Source: Eledone cirrhosa (taxonomy: Eukaryota). Taken from it: a stretch of 64,000 nucleotides of DNA. The position numbers and the translations under genes were made by a program. Position 1 is the stretch's first letter. Each line of letters begins with the position of its first letter. A model generated the notes under the pieces. That model was not told the origin of the DNA. It worked only from the letters and a program-made list of their open reading frames with translations, and ran no database searches. The stretch is from contig OZ024750.1 in NCBI GenBank assembly GCA_964016885.1, forward strand, positions 3,658,001 through 3,722,000. The letters run 5' to 3'. Below, piece after piece: positions 49,884 to 64,000 of the stretch.

Positions 49884-52800
49884 TCATCTACTGGTGCTAG
49901 CTCCAAGACTTAGACTGTTCTGAGATGCCAAAGCTTTGTTGGAGTTCTTTTCAGCATGATAAATTCGAGAAACTTGCAACAAGACAGGACCCGTTTCAGC
50001 ATCACTCAACCATTGGTTTGCAGTTAAAGGACTCTCTAGCATCAAAATGAATGCTGTAATAAATAAATAAATGATACAATTAATAAAATCTAAAATTTAT
50101 GAAAATAATAGTAAAATTTCACAACTATTTTCATATTAGTTAAGTCCTAAATTTGTAAAATACAGAAAAGAGAATAAAATTCAAAGAAATCAGTGATAAT
50201 CTATATCAGTAGAAGTTTGAAATAAATTCAGCTTTTTCTTGCCAAGCAACAAATCAGGACCAGTTTTAGAGAGTGTGGCATTCTCATAAAACAGAGAGGA
50301 ATCTTTTGCAACCATGAGCAAATCTCTAGTGACAACTCTACTTTCTAGTTGGTTGAGTAATCATATAGAGATACATTTAGAAAGTGACATCTATCTTAGA
50401 GACAGAAGAAAATATGTTGTAATTAATAGACACCATAAATTAACTTTTAATTAAAGAAAGACTTACCTAATAAACATCTTGGATTATTCAATCCCACTTG
50501 AATAATTGGATTAGACATAATTGCTTTATATATTGGACCATTGGTATCGAGTCCTTCATCAACATCGCTAGGGACTGTCTTGCGATCACCCAGCAACCAT
50601 TCGCACTAAATACATGGAAAAAATGTTATTCAATTTTTTTCATGTGTTATAGTAACAATTCATTCAGATTTTTTTATAATAAATAATTTACAAGAAGGAA
50701 AACTAAGCATTAAACCTCCTTTTCTCCAACATATATACTTATGCATTGGCAATGTAAATACCTTCAACTAAATATTTGTGTATATAAGAATATAAGTTAC
50801 AATTCATGTCAGTTCTTTTTTATACAGGTATATATTTGATGGGGCAGCGAATTGGTAGAGTCGTTAGAACGTCAGAATTCTTTCTGGTATTTGTTCGGGC
50901 CCTCTGCTCTCAGAGGTCAAATCCAGCCGAGGTCAACTTTGCCTTTCATCCTTTCGAGATCAATAAAATAAAGTACCAGTCTAGTACTGGGGTCAATTCT
51001 TCCTCTATATCTCTTTCTCATTGCCTCTCTCTCACTTTCTATCTCTCTCTGGAAGAAATCTGCTGTACTCAGGCCTGGAGAGGGGTGGGCTCCGCCAGGC
51101 TTAAGATGTCCAAGAAATGTTGTATGTCACTACGGCGCCCTCTATCAGGAGTTACGGGACCATACATACATATATATATATGATGAGTTTAAAAATTTGT
51201 ACACAGAGATAGTTATGAAGACACTAGTTAAGGTAGAGGACAAATGAGAAGATAAAAACATTGACTCTGTCTTTTAGGATACTGTACATGACATCCTGTG
51301 TATGTCCAGTATGAGTTTTCCTTAGCTCATTGTGCTACTAAATCACATCATCCATACACATTACATATTATATCAAATAGAAACTTACAGCTGTGTCTTG
51401 ATTGTTACCAGCCACACGGAGAGCACTGATTGCCTCAGATTCTTCAAAACCCATTTCCATTAATGTGAGCAGAGCCTATCAAAAGCAGAATATAAACCAT
51501 TTGTTACCAACTCTGTATTTATATAAAAACATGTTAACCTGTCAATCTGTGTCAACCAAATTCAATAAGAATGGTCAGCTGAGGACTATTGTAGAAGACA
51601 CTGGCCAAAGGTATCCCACAATGGGACTGAACCTGATACAATCCAGTTATTATTAAGAAGAGATGAAATTAATGCAAGCAGGATTTCACAGCTCTAGCAT
51701 CTCTCCTACATAGGCTGACCAAGATACTCTCATGGAATTACCAAATGAGGTTTATTTTTTGGAAAGAAACAATGCAGTTAAGAAGAAGAGTTGAAATTAA
51801 TACCTGCAAGATTTCGCAGCATCAGCATCAATCTTTCATAGTCTGCCTATGAACGTTTCAGCCTACTCTTGTATAGAAGCAGGCATGGAACATACTAAGT
51901 GAATGTTATAATGAAACATAAACTGACTTACCCGAGGGTTTGGACGGAATTCTCTCTTTTTGAACCGTTTCAAAGAGTTTATTAAACTATTTGCTTTAGC
52001 TGACTGGCTGGGTGTGGCAGCAGTAGCCCCTTCCTGTGTAAGAAACAAGATTTACATATTTTCTACTAACATTTGTACATTCAATGTTGAATAATAATCA
52101 TCGTCATCACCATTTAACATCCATTTTCCATGCTAGCAGTAATCCTATCTTGTTATTGATATTACTTGACCAATCATCTCTTTATGTATATCATCATCAT
52201 ATTTATATATATCATCATCATCCTCATCATCGTTTAATGTCCATTTTTCCATGCTAGCATGGGTTAGACGAGTTGTTCCGTTGTGAGACAAGTTAGATCA
52301 GGTAACCATATCTTGCTCATACAGAACTCTTTCTCGCTTGGTTTCTATGACTGGATGCTCTTCCCCATACCAATTATATTTTCAGTGTGGACTTGGTGCT
52401 TTTTATCCAGGCACCAAAACAATCAACTGACAAGTTGGACTGGGTACATTTTCATCGTGGCGCCTACACAACCACTTTACAGTGTGAACTAGGTACATTT
52501 TCATCGTGGCGCCTACACAACCACTTTACAGTGTGAACTGGGTACATTTTCATCGTGCCACCAGCACAACCACCTTACAGGGTTGAATATGAATATATTT
52601 CATCGTCATCATCATCATCATCACTTAATGTCTGCTTTCACTGCTAGCAAGGGTTGGATGGGTCTACATATATATTCTTTTATATTTTATACCTAAAGAT
52701 TTTAAGAGGCTCTATGAAGAAGAAACCCCCACCTGAATACAGCTAAATATAGCTTGGCAATATAAATAGATTAATTACAATACTATGTACATCTGGTTCT

Positions 52801-55800
52801 TACTAATTGTTGTTGTTCATGTTCTTCTTCAGTTTCTTCCTCTTCTTCTTCATTACTTAGAGGTGCATCCGTATCAGAATTAGAGCTATGTGTGAGAAGC
52901 CATTCCATAGCCAGAAGGAAGTTCATCCTATAAAGAACATGTAAGAAATAGTTAGACAATAGAGCTAACGCAAAAATTATAGTACAGCATTCTAGAATTA
53001 TCAGATAATAAATTATTGAAAAATTTGAATATCTAAGAAAATACATAGGAATTTTATACTTTTAATTGTGTTAACATTCACCCAGGATGGGTTGAGCTGA
53101 TGCCAACCAATGCATTGACTGCATCAAGAATGGAGCCCCCTCTCCCCATGGTGATCACAGATATCCGACACAGATATTGTCACACTGATTGTAAGGTACA
53201 GGTAATACTCCTAAATTCCCTTACAAAATACACAAATGCAGTAGCAGCTCAGAATGTCATAAAAAGCTTACTTGTTAAGGGCTAGAGCCTTACGTGCCCT
53301 GTCTTGTGGGAACCCCATATCAGTTAGTTTCTTTACAGTCGTTTCATCCATTTTTGAGGCACAAGGTAGATATTGGTTGCTGATTTCTATAATGAAAAAT
53401 AACAATAAATAGTTTTATAGTTCCAGTCATAATGTGCGTATTGAGTGTGGGAGTGTTTGGTTCTGCAGTTAAAGTTCATACTAATACGAACCTTTTAGTT
53501 ACATAAACTAGCATAATTGACAACAAAAATGTCTTGTCAAAAAGATGCAGCATAATGATTGCATTTTAACTCTTTCAATATCAACCCACCTAAAACCACC
53601 CTCAGTTCTGTGATAAAACAATTAATTTTAAGTTAAAACATTCCATCATAATTTAATATAAGAATGTTATATAGTTATTGCCCGCAGTTCTCTGATAAAA
53701 CAGTTAATGTTAAAGTGTTTGTATTTAAATTAAAACATTCCATCATAATGTTATATAAGAGTGTTATGTAGCTATTTTGGTTAAACAATAAAACAATTAC
53801 TTACCTTCAGCATGTCTAAAAATCTTGGATGCTTCTGGCTTTAGGCACAGGATTTTCTGAGAAGCTTCAATCAATGTAATCAATATCTTCCTAAATTCAG
53901 ATTGGAACTGAAAAATAATTTTTTTTAAATCATTAATTAAAATCAGCAGTAAATCATTTGTGTAATAATTTTAGTTAAGGAAAGTCTATGATGGTGAACT
54001 GTTCAAATTTCTATATAAATACATCTAGAACAAACTCAAAGCTATCCACAAATTAAGACCATCGATTGTCCTAACCTGTAGACAATTCACTCAGAAAATC
54101 AAAGCCAATGGTAAACTAAATGTCTACACTAGATCTAAGGTGTCATTTATATTTCTTGACTCTTATATTCTGTAAACCAACAAATGGCCTGCAATAAGTA
54201 TGGGGAAGATTGGCATTATTAAGCTACAGGTGTCATATTATGTAGTTTTTGTATAACAAAAACTATTATTATCTGCAGAAAAAAAAAACATTGTTTCTAT
54301 ATATATATATTTAGTAAAACATAAGTCCAAGAATATAAAAAATAATCTTACATCTCCTCCATTGGCAGGTTTTTCAGTAGATGGTTCCATATTACAAGGA
54401 GTTAATCCTGCAGTAACTTTATTAACAGTTTCTGAACTAGGGCCTTTACGCATTTCTTCTTTCTGTAAAAACAATAAATAATATGGTTAAAATGTTGACC
54501 AAATTAAGTGCTAGTGGCTCGACCAAAACATGAATATACAATTCTTATGGAATTAGGGTTGCAATAACTGGATATTCTCAAAGGACTTCTATGGATTAAG
54601 TTTTATAACTGAAGCAGAGACTCAGTTATGCAAATATATTTTCAAAATATACAAAAGCATTTCTCACCTTATCAGCTCCATCATAAACAAAAGGTGGTAA
54701 CCGTCGTTTCAAAATAAGTATTTCATCTGTTAATAGACAACAAAATAACGATTTAAAATGAGTCACTGTAATAATGTATTAGTTTTTATTCTTTAACAAA
54801 AATGTATTCTTTATCATTAACATTAATATAAAAATTTATTACATTTTTTATAGGAGGATCCCAAATTTTATATATCTTGGGCCTCAGTGGGTGAAAATCC
54901 GTCCCCCCAGGCTAGTCATGTTTGAAATGATTTTGATATAGGTCTGCATGGTTAGGGGTTAAATGATAACAATTCTCAACCCCATGAGGTATCCACTCGC
55001 ATCAGATGCCCATACTAATGCAGCCACATCACCTTCACATCAGCTAGCATCTTTAGTGCCCACTTCCCCGACCCACTCTGCCTTGTAAAATTATGAAATA
55101 TGCCAAACTTCCCTAGTACAGAATGTCAATAATTGACACTGTACTCGAAGTTTATAATTTAATGTAGCTTTTTCTCGTTGTGATGCTGTTTCAGCCCCTG
55201 GACAATCGTAACTTATTTCAGCCCTAGTCATTCCAATTTTTAAGTCTATTTAAAACAATAGGATGCGATTTGAGGGAGAATTGGCTGTTCATTTCAACAG
55301 GCCGAAGTGACCACATACATGTTTCTTCATCAATCCATCTCCTTGTGAAGTTGATAAAACATATACTAGGATATATTTGAAATGAGACCTATTTCTCAAG
55401 CTAATGTGAGATACAACTATCGATACAACCTACATCAGCTTGAAATAGACGTTGAATCAAACTATCATAGCAGAGTATCATCTTTTCGTGTGTATGTATT
55501 AACGAAATTAAATGTTAACACAACTGCCACAGAGCCACATTTTTGTCCGAACAACATCTAGATTTAATAAATAATGAATTAAGTCTTCAATAAAGATATT
55601 GAGCCAGGGTGTACACGCATGAAACATACGGATTTTACGAGAAACAAAATTGTGATATTTATTAGTTATCCGAATAGTTTTGACAACCTAAGTGAAAGGA
55701 CTTTATAACATTCTTCAATGTACAGTGTGTTGACATTTATAAACAATGATATAGAAATAGTACTGTAGATTCAATACTCGCTTATGGTGTTATAATTTCC

Positions 55801-56767
55801 TAATTTATTAAACATGTAATCAACGTAGATTGAACTATTGTAGGCCTCTTCCCGTTGCACCATCTTAAAATAACTTACTTTAAAGCAAGTTAAAAAGAAA
55901 AATCTTATCTTTAATTTATCACTAAACTATAGTCACAATTTATCTATTTTACTATTACTTCTATCTACTATTGTTAGCTTGCCAGGGCTTAATTATGCCA
56001 GTTCAGTTATAAAAGCTGAACCAATATACTTATTAATTAATTAAATCATTAAGAACCCCTAACTTCTTTATAACAGTTTTTGTACAATAGAGTATGCGCA
56101 ACTTTTCTTTCGTCCAAATACTTCACCAAAACAACTCCATACATTCCTTTCTATAATCATTAAAAGATAACGTTTACCAACTCAATGAAACCCATTAACA
56201 TCTCCTCTGCGCTAATTTCAAGAGTTCGTTTCAAATATCAGCAACTAAAAATGATTTCAAACATTCAAAATATAACACTATTATTCAATATTTACATGTT
56301 AACATAAACAATAACAGTGACGAATCGTCCAGCTAAAGAAAAGTTTTTTGGGGGAGGATTTTTATTTTTATTTGGCGAATAGAGATGTGTTATTGAGTTA
56401 ATAAAGTAAAAATCACAGGACGATGTTTGAATTGACTCACTATGATAATATGTGCGAATATTAAGCTGGATCCACATTGTGCTATAGTAAACAAACAAAA
56501 TAACATCTCACCATTATCTTTAAGACCTTCTTGTTGCAATGTGGATTCCTCATTTAGAACCTTACCGGTTCGGACGAGTAAAACTTTGTGATAGAGAGAG
56601 ACTTTCATGCTTTCCATTGGACTAAAAAGTTGGCTTAAAGAACGGATCTTGACCATATCTACAGTTAAATCTGGTCGAAATTCATCAATAATATCGACAC
56701 CTTCCATATTAGTAATTCGAACCTTCATTGTTGAAGGTGAAAAGACTAACGTATCCGAGACAAACAT
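49884..56767 (-). CDS. UBAC1: Ubiquitin-associated domain-containing protein 1 (UBAC1/KPC2): UBL-UBA-UBA-STI1, 421 aa, 10 exons
   Basis: Exons (-) 56767-56512, 54726-54668, 54462-54352, 53907-53805, 53386-53272, 52927-52804, 52033-51932, 51475-51389, 50605-50467, 50053-49884; total 1266 nt in frame. Starts MFVSD (human MFVQE); [60 protein letters not shown] and [19 protein letters not shown] match UBAC1. Confidence 0.95.
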
Positions 56768-58681
56768 TGAGATGCTGTCCGTCAATCGTCAAGTCTTAAC
56801 GACGCTTACTGAATTCGTATTACTGAATTACTTCCCTTTTTACGAAACAACGCCCCCTATTTTAAACCTAAAAATTTAAGTGAATTTTACACGAACACAA
56901 TTAATACATTTGATGTTTCAAATAAACTTATTTATCGCATAATAAATACATTCTTTCCATAGGCATTGTTTTGATGTTTTGTTTTATAGGGAAGAAATAA
57001 GATCTGTGGAAAATATCTGCAGGGGAACTAACTACTAACCTAAGTAAAATATAAGCAGACAACTTTCTAGAAGCATTCTTTAAAAGGATTTGTTACCCAA
57101 GCATATTGCCTGAAAAGACAAGGAAAGTTATGATAAACAAATTTTTTTAATTAAATACCCGTTTTACTAGGTTATCATCGTTATCCAAATTAATTTTTAA
57201 TATAAAATATTGAAGTCACGGTGATGAAGTAACTTATATTAAGAATTTTTCAAATATATATATATATTTTTTTTTAATGTTTATATATTAAAGTGTTTGT
57301 AAAAACGTTTAAAATATTGACAATATATATATATATTTTCATTTATATATACATATATACATTTAGCAGACTAAAAAAAATTCTACATTGTTGAAGAATT
57401 TATCTCAGCTGTTTCATTGCAAGGTTTCACTCACACACACACACAGACCTCTGTTCGGTTGCAAGACTTAACTCTCTCACAAACCCACACATACTGCAGT
57501 TTGGTTGCAAGCCTTAGCTCTCTCTCATAGACATCTTCAGCATCTAAGATGAAAATATACTGTCAATATCTTGCTTGAGACTAGCAAACCAGAGTTCTCC
57601 TTGTGTTGATCCATTAGTTGTTCTAGGGATATCAAAACTGGTAAACTGCATTAGTATTGCCACTGATGCAGGGATTCCAATACAGGTTTTGTCAGCTTAA
57701 TGCAGGGATTCCAATACAGGTTTTGTCAGCTTAATGCAGGGAAGGTGGAAAAAATTGTTACAATTTCAATAGTTTGTTATAGACCAAGTCAGAACATAAT
57801 CGAAGCCACTGATCTCTCAGATGGGCCAGGATCTCGTCACACTTACATACACTCCCCCACTCTACAGAGTGTACCGTGTGCTTCAAATACTATATCAATC
57901 TAAACTTCTTTGCCCACTTATTTATGAGAGGGTCATGGTGGCAGAGTCCTCAAACACTCCTTCCAGCAGGTCTTGTCAGAAGGAACCATCTCCAATCGAT
58001 CCAGCTGGATCCCCAAGCGTGACCAGCTAAGCTCATGGATGTTATCCAAACATCTTGCTCAAGGTCTACCCCTGGGTCTCCTGCAGTGGTTTTGCCTGTA
58101 ATCAACCCATAAAATATTACTGGTACTTGTTTTATCAACTCAGTTGAAAGATAAAAGACAAACTCATCTCCAGTAATTCACCAGGAAGAGAATCAAAACT
58201 AGACATTTCTCCCTATAATCCACCATTTTTACTAACTCTGGTATTTAATACATACCCAGAGGTCACTAACCACACTATGCAGGGCTTCTATATAGTCACT
58301 CATACAAATCAAACCCTTCATTATTAAAAATAGGATGTGTTGGACAATTTAGTTTGAAGGACACTCTGCCTGAAAAAAAGATGGGATGATCATGGTGGAA
58401 TGCTCAATCAGGGCTGACTTAGAGGCTAATAGCAACATCACCTTCCCAGTAATCTATTACAAGTTAAAACAACAACAAGAACATTAGACAAAGTTTTATT
58501 TTTTCTAACAAGTATTTACAGAATTTCTTTATTTTGTAAAAATAGAAAACATTAAACAGACATTTTTTTTTCTCCATTTTTATAATTTAAAACAGGTGAA
58601 ATATAAATAATTTGTATGGAAATGTTCACGTGTGAGCTTACTGACTTTTAAATATTAGTATCACAGAAAAACAAGGTATTA

Positions 58682-58897
58682 TTAACCCTTTAGCATTTAA
58701 ACCGGCCATATCTGGCCAGAATTCTCTCACCTCTTTCCGTTAAAACCAGCTATAACCGGCCACTCATACTGATGTTAAGGTATTGTTCTCAAAATAAATA
58801 ATATCAAAATCTCGTACATTCGATATTATGTGAGATAAAGTGTTTACCATGAAAATATAATAGTAAATATAGAGTAATGTAAATGCTAAAGGGTTAA
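58682..58897 (-). mobile_element. piggyBac-like MITE family A
   Basis: TTAA flanks, perfect TIRs. Confidence 0.9.
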
Positions 58898-59442
58898 TGT
58901 GTTATACTGAATATAAAAAATCAAGACTGTTCCTAGTCTTGCTTTCAATCTTCTTTGTTTTTGTCTCAAAAATATAGTCAGAAGCCAGAATGTAATATAA
59001 ATAGAAATTAGTTAATGAAAAAGATGTGGAGATGTTCTCATACTCTACTAAAAGTTAATAAAAAGATTTCAACCCTTTTGATACCAAATCACCTGAAATC
59101 ACCAATGGTTCAACAATACAAAACTGTTTGTTTGAGAATGTTTATTATCAGTTTTTATATCCTCTTCTCATGCTGACATGGGTTGGATGGGTTGTAATGT
59201 TCTGAAGCTTGACCAATCAAGTGTTCTTTAAAAACATTTGGTCACAATTTAAGTATTAACCCTTTGTTAAGCTAACACCAGCTTAATAATAACAAAATTA
59301 GTTTTAATATTAAATTCTTCAAAATGTTTTTACTATTTTCAAAAATATTTGAAAATCATAGGCAGTGTTTTTCATTAGAATATGGTAAGGAAAACGTTAA
59401 AAATCTTGATGAGAAATCGTATGAGATACCTAATATTTTTGC

Positions 59443-59656
59443 TTCACCCTTTAACATTTAAACCAGCCATATCCAGCCAGAATTCTCTCACCTTTTTCAG
59501 TCTAAACCGGTTGTAACTGGCCACTCATAATGACGTTAAGGTATTGATTTCAAAATAAATAATATCAAAATCTCAAAGATTCAATATTGTGAGGTAAAGC
59601 CTTTACCACGAAAATACAATAGTATATATAGAGTAATGTAAATGGTAAAGGGTTAA
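59443..59656 (-). mobile_element. piggyBac-like MITE family A (diverged)
   Basis: Imperfect TIRs, same internal sequence; partial copies also at 37199-37263 and 61253-61362. Confidence 0.8.
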
Positions 59657-60174
59657 ATGCTTGTGTTTGGTAACAGAGAGGAGAACCTGAGTATTTTCCA
59701 GCAGTATTTGTACATTAGTACCTAGACGTTTCAAACAAACAAATATAGTACAATGATTACTGATCGATGGGTTTTAAATGTTGTTATATATCCAAACAAG
59801 AGAATTCTATTTGTTACAGTTTAATTAGTCTAATAAGAAAATTGCTTATCTCCCTTCCCAACTGATCATGTGATTTCGTTGTTGTTGTTTTTAACTAGAG
59901 ATAAAGTGTCCATGGTCATTGCAAGCACAGTCAGAGTGGTGTGTGTGGTCAATATAGTTGATATTCATTACATTTTAACTTCCAAGTTGCACGAAGATTT
60001 AGCAATGGTCAACTTTCTGAAAGAGAACATCAATATTCTGGCAGAAAGTTAGGAAGACAATAAACCTCTCAGTCAACCTTGATGACTTACAGCTGTGTGT
60101 GTATGTGTGCAGGCATTCACACATGTGCACATACATCTATTTACATGTGTACAAATAAACGTATGTAGATGCAA

Positions 60175-60400
60175 ACATGGCTGTATTAGTGCAGGCATGG
60201 CTGTGTTAGTGCAGACATGGCTGTATTAGTGCAGACATAGCTGTATTAGTACAGACAAAGCTGTGTTAGTACAGACATGGCTGTGTTAGTGCAGACATAG
60301 CTGTATTAGTGCAGATATGGCTGTATTAGTACAGACATGGCTGTGTTAGTGCAGACAAAGCTGTGTTAGTGCAGACATAGCTGTATTAGTGCAGACATGG
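60175..60400. repeat. 20-bp minisatellite, ~11 copies
   Basis: Unit CATGGCTGT(A/G)TTAGTGCAGA. Confidence 0.95.
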
Positions 60401-61142
60401 CAGAGTTGACATGGATATAAGGTTAAAAAGTTCACTTCACAGCTACAATGTTTTAGACACATCCAGTGTGTGGCACATTTGGCAATTGTATTCTACCATA
60501 GACTTGGGCTAACCAATGCTTCATGAGTAAATTTGACAGACAGAAATTGTGCAGGTTTGGTGAGCCTAGTATATTTCCTAAAATTCTTTAATGTTGTCAA
60601 GAATATAAAAAAAAAAAAATGAAAAAGGAAATATATTTGTATAATCACATCTTTTTCTAATTTCATTCTTGTAGCATTAAATCCTGGTTTCTTGGCGTTA
60701 AGTGACTGAGAGTACAATACTCCTGTCTGGACAGGACGCCAGTCCATCGCAGGGTTTTAAATTCCCAGCTATTGCTGATAGTCCTTTTCAGCCAGGAATT
60801 GAACCCATGACATTATGAACCTAAGTCCAACACCCCCACCACGATGCTTTGAGATCGCTGGCTTACGATGATCCCAGCCTCATTGAGCAAGAGGAACAAG
60901 AAGAAGCATTAAATGGAAAAAGACAACAAACTTAAAGGGTTAAATGTTACTTATTACTAATTCCCATCTTATCAATAACAACAGTACACTCTGCTTTAAA
61001 TAAATAACATTTAATGGCCTTAACAGTAGCAAATCATAAATCTGATTAGCTTTGATGTCATGTAATTCAGTTTGAAAAGAAAAATAGTGACATTATTGTA
61101 ATCAACCAGCCAAATATTGGCCATCTAACTCATTAACTTTTG

Positions 61143-63392
61143 TCATGTTCCCATTAACTGTGAATGATATGTACGCAAACCTCGAATCATGTTTTCAAGT
61201 TGGCCGAGACCGTTGTTCAGCATTTCTCTGAAATAACAAATGAAAATAATCTTTAACCTTTTAGCATTTAAACCAGCCATATCTGGCCAGAATTCTCTCA
61301 CCTCTATCTGTTCAAACTGGCCATAACCAGCTGCTCATACTTATGTTAAGACATTGTTCTCAAATATGCACTGGGTGCGTTTTTGTGACACCAGCACTAC
61401 CACTTTACAGAGTGGATTAAATGCATTTAATTGTGGTACCAACCACCTTACAGGGTTGTACTGAGTAGGTTTTTGTGACACCAGCACTACCACTTTACAG
61501 AGTGAACTAGGTGCATTTAATTGTGGTAGCAACACTACCAGTACAATTTGCACATTACATTCAATTCCTCTTATACTCAATGTTTCTTTCAGTTTATTTG
61601 TGATCTGTCGTTCACACATGCTAGCATTACACATCCAGCAAAGCATGCATGCCTCATTTCTTTTTAGTCACTGGCAATCTTGGAGATAGAGAGAGGAGGG
61701 AGGGAGATATATATATATAACTTTGATAGGTTTCGGCCATTATTGGCCCAGGCCATGTCTAACTTAATAACACCACCTGGTAAGATATAAATCATTGCAT
61801 TGACCATATATATATATCAGAGAGAGAGAGAAATATTACCGTTTATCAGGAATGGAAAACAAAGCTTGTAGATGGTTGTAAGTCACTCGAGGTTCATTGT
61901 CCTAATAAAAACAAAAACAAAAAATACAAACAATGATTACACCACAAATATATTTAATTTCCAGAACAACCTTTGGTAGTTAACATAAATGAATTTACAA
62001 ATCAAGCTCTTTTGAAAATTATATTATTTATACGGCTTAATACAGCCATCATTGTTTTTACATTTGTTCTTTCTATCCTCATGGGTTGGACAAGGCTTTG
62101 TTTGGAGAGCAGCTTCTTTACAGCCAGATACATCCCCACCCAAGCCCATCCCCGATGCCAGTGGGTCTTTAACTAAAACCTAGAATGTACAATGTTGCTT
62201 GAAGAAAGCATTTTATCAAGGGGAATTATTTTAGTAAAAAAAGAGATGATATTTACATGGCCATCTAACTCAGTGAGCAAAATATTTAGTTGGTTGGACA
62301 AAGAATTGAATGCTTCAGTATCACAGGGTTTGTTCATATCCATCGCAAGGCAACTAGAAATTATTAAAAAAATTTAACTCAGTATTATTATGTCTATCAT
62401 TGTAAACGAATAGAAACATTGAATATATTTTAGATATACTGTTAAGAAAAACAAAACCAGAGAAATTTAGCAAGTAGTCTATATAAACTAATTATGGAAA
62501 AGTTAAAATACAATTACGTTATTTAGAAGTGTACAAGGACCCATACAATATAATAAACATATACAACAACTGGAGAGAAATGAAGCAAGCATGCTCTGTT
62601 GAATGTGCAATTTCAATGTACGCGAACAACCAAGCATGGATGAGTTTAGAGAGAAACTGGGTATAAGAGGGATAAGTTGTGGTGTGCAGGAGAGAAGACG
62701 GAGATGGTATGGACATGTGATGCACATGGAGGATGACGGCTGGGTAAAGAAGTGCCCAGAAATGCCAGTAGAAGGAAGACCACAAAAATAATGGACGGAG
62801 GTGGTGAGAGCTGACCTCAGATTGCTGAAGCTCACGGAGGAGATGACGAAGGACCGTGACAAGTGGAGAGATGCTGTGCTGAATAGGACCCGTCCCACCC
62901 TTGCAAGCAGGGAAAAGCGGAAAATGATGAATGAATGAATGAATGAATGATACAGGGTGTCCAAAAAAATGTATACACACTTTGATTACCTGTACAAGCA
63001 ATATTTATTAGAATGCTGTTGAAGTGTGTATACATTTTGGGGGGGAAACCCTGTATATAGTCTCGCTGTGAGTACATCACAGCTACCTCAATAACGGGTG
63101 TAAGAGTGCTGCTGTATACATGTATTTCAGTATTATTATCCATCTTCAGCAAATGCTTACTTTATTGTATATATAGGTCCATATACACCTTTATTCTGAA
63201 TCCCACTGTGTTAGTACCATCACTAATTACAACAATTCTATATCAATTAGAATTTAAAAACAACAAGATAATTACCGTGAAAAATTGATGTAAGTTGACT
63301 CCAAAACAGGAATAGAATGATGAAGGGTTGTTAAGATTTGTTGACAAACTTCAGCGGATGGATCTCTTTGAATAGCCTGCTCCACTCCTTGG
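61143..63392 (-). CDS. Last four coding exons of an unidentified, probably helical protein (gene continues beyond window end)
   Basis: Exons (-) 63392-63276, 62353-62257, 61901-61840, 61227-61143 (TGA), with GT-AG sites and consistent phases: QGVEQAIQRDPSAEVCQQILTTLHHSIPVLESTYINFSRCLAMDMNKPCDTEAFNSLSNQLNILLTELDGHDNEPRVTYNHLQALFSIPDKREMLNNGLGQLENMIRGLRTYHSQLMGT*. Family not recognised. Confidence 0.8.
62570..62945 (+). mobile_element. RTE-clade LINE 3' fragment
   Basis: Encodes FREKLGIRGISCGVQERRRRWYGHVMHMEDDGWVKKC...GRP, a typical RTE ORF2 C-terminus, with ATGA-repeat tail; related fragments at 24650-24975 (+) and 63540-63690 (-). Confidence 0.8.
62950..63055. mobile_element. Tc1/mariner-type MITE (~105 bp)
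   Basis: TA-CAGGGTGTCCAAAAAAATGTATACACACTT...AAGTGTGTATACATTTTGGGGGGAAACCCTG-TA. Confidence 0.75.
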
Positions 63393-64000
63393 CTAAATTA
63401 CATAATATATAATAGGAGAAACATTAAAAGATTAAAAGTCTTGGAGCATGAATATCAGACTAGGCAAAAATGAGAATTTAATGAGAATTTAACAAAAATA
63501 ACTACACTATTTCTAGATCCTAAGTCTTTTACATCAATCATCATCATTTTACATCCGCTTTTCCCTGCTTGTAAGGGTGGGACGGGTCCTATTCAGCACA
63601 GCACCTCTCCACTTGTCACGGTCCTTCGTCACCTCCTCCGTAAGTTTCAGTGATCTGAGGTCTGCTCTCACCACCTCCACCCATGTTTTTTGTGACACTG
63701 TATATATGAAATTCTTTCATGTACATAAATATCCTATTGCAGTTTTGTGGTGCCACAATAAAATGCATGCAGTCCACACTATAAAAAGAGATAGAGCTGG
63801 TGTCACAATAAAATGCACCCAGCCCTCTCTGCAAAGTGGTAGTGCTGGTGCCATGATAAAATGCACCCAGCCCATACCGAATGGAGAGTGAGGACAATCA
63901 TGGTTTTTAAAATTTAGTTTGTATTACTATTAGTATTACTAATACAGTAATACAATTTATATAAGCAAAATGATGTCGAACTTATATAAGAGTTTCTGAG

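Noticed and set aside
63160-63221. Possible extra exon of the unknown minus-strand gene
   Set aside because: Stops in all frames; the flanking exons already join in phase without it.
61143-63392. Idea that the UBAC1 neighbour is its partner RNF123/KPC1
   Set aside because: The C-terminus lacks the RING finger expected near the RNF123 C-terminus.

Overview
AT-rich, microsatellite- and repeat-dense eukaryotic genomic DNA. The SINE/MITE repertoire looks like that of an octopod cephalopod (inference from recognition, not a database result). Four spliced protein-coding genes were reconstructed by hand with GT-AG introns and consistent phases: (1) the C-terminal part of a divergent Ro60/TROVE2-like gene (+, 23195-27894; N-terminal exons not found in the window; vWA MIDAS motif degenerate); (2) a complete 9-exon, 370-aa PhyH-family Fe(II)/2-oxoglutarate dioxygenase (+, 39325-44762); (3) a complete 10-exon, 421-aa UBAC1/KPC2 (-, 49884-56767); (4) the last four exons of an unrecognised gene (-, 61143-63392). 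Most ORFs in the supplied track are microsatellite or repeat artefacts. The non-coding DNA holds about 13 copies of a TTAA-flanked piggyBac-like MITE, further MITE families, two tRNA-derived SINE families, RTE-like LINE 3' ends, minisatellites and long palindromes. The main hidden signal is a set of type I hammerhead-ribozyme motifs (CUGANGA...GAAA...UH with stems I-III) from at least four unrelated short-element families. Complete folds are at 16342-16430 (-), 35207-35267 (+) and 49236-49276 (+). A multi-copy family sits at 15893, 30.2-30.6 kb, 34.8 kb and 38.6 kb, and there are degenerate remnants. They resemble Penelope-like/retrozyme modules and lie inside or beside host transcription units.
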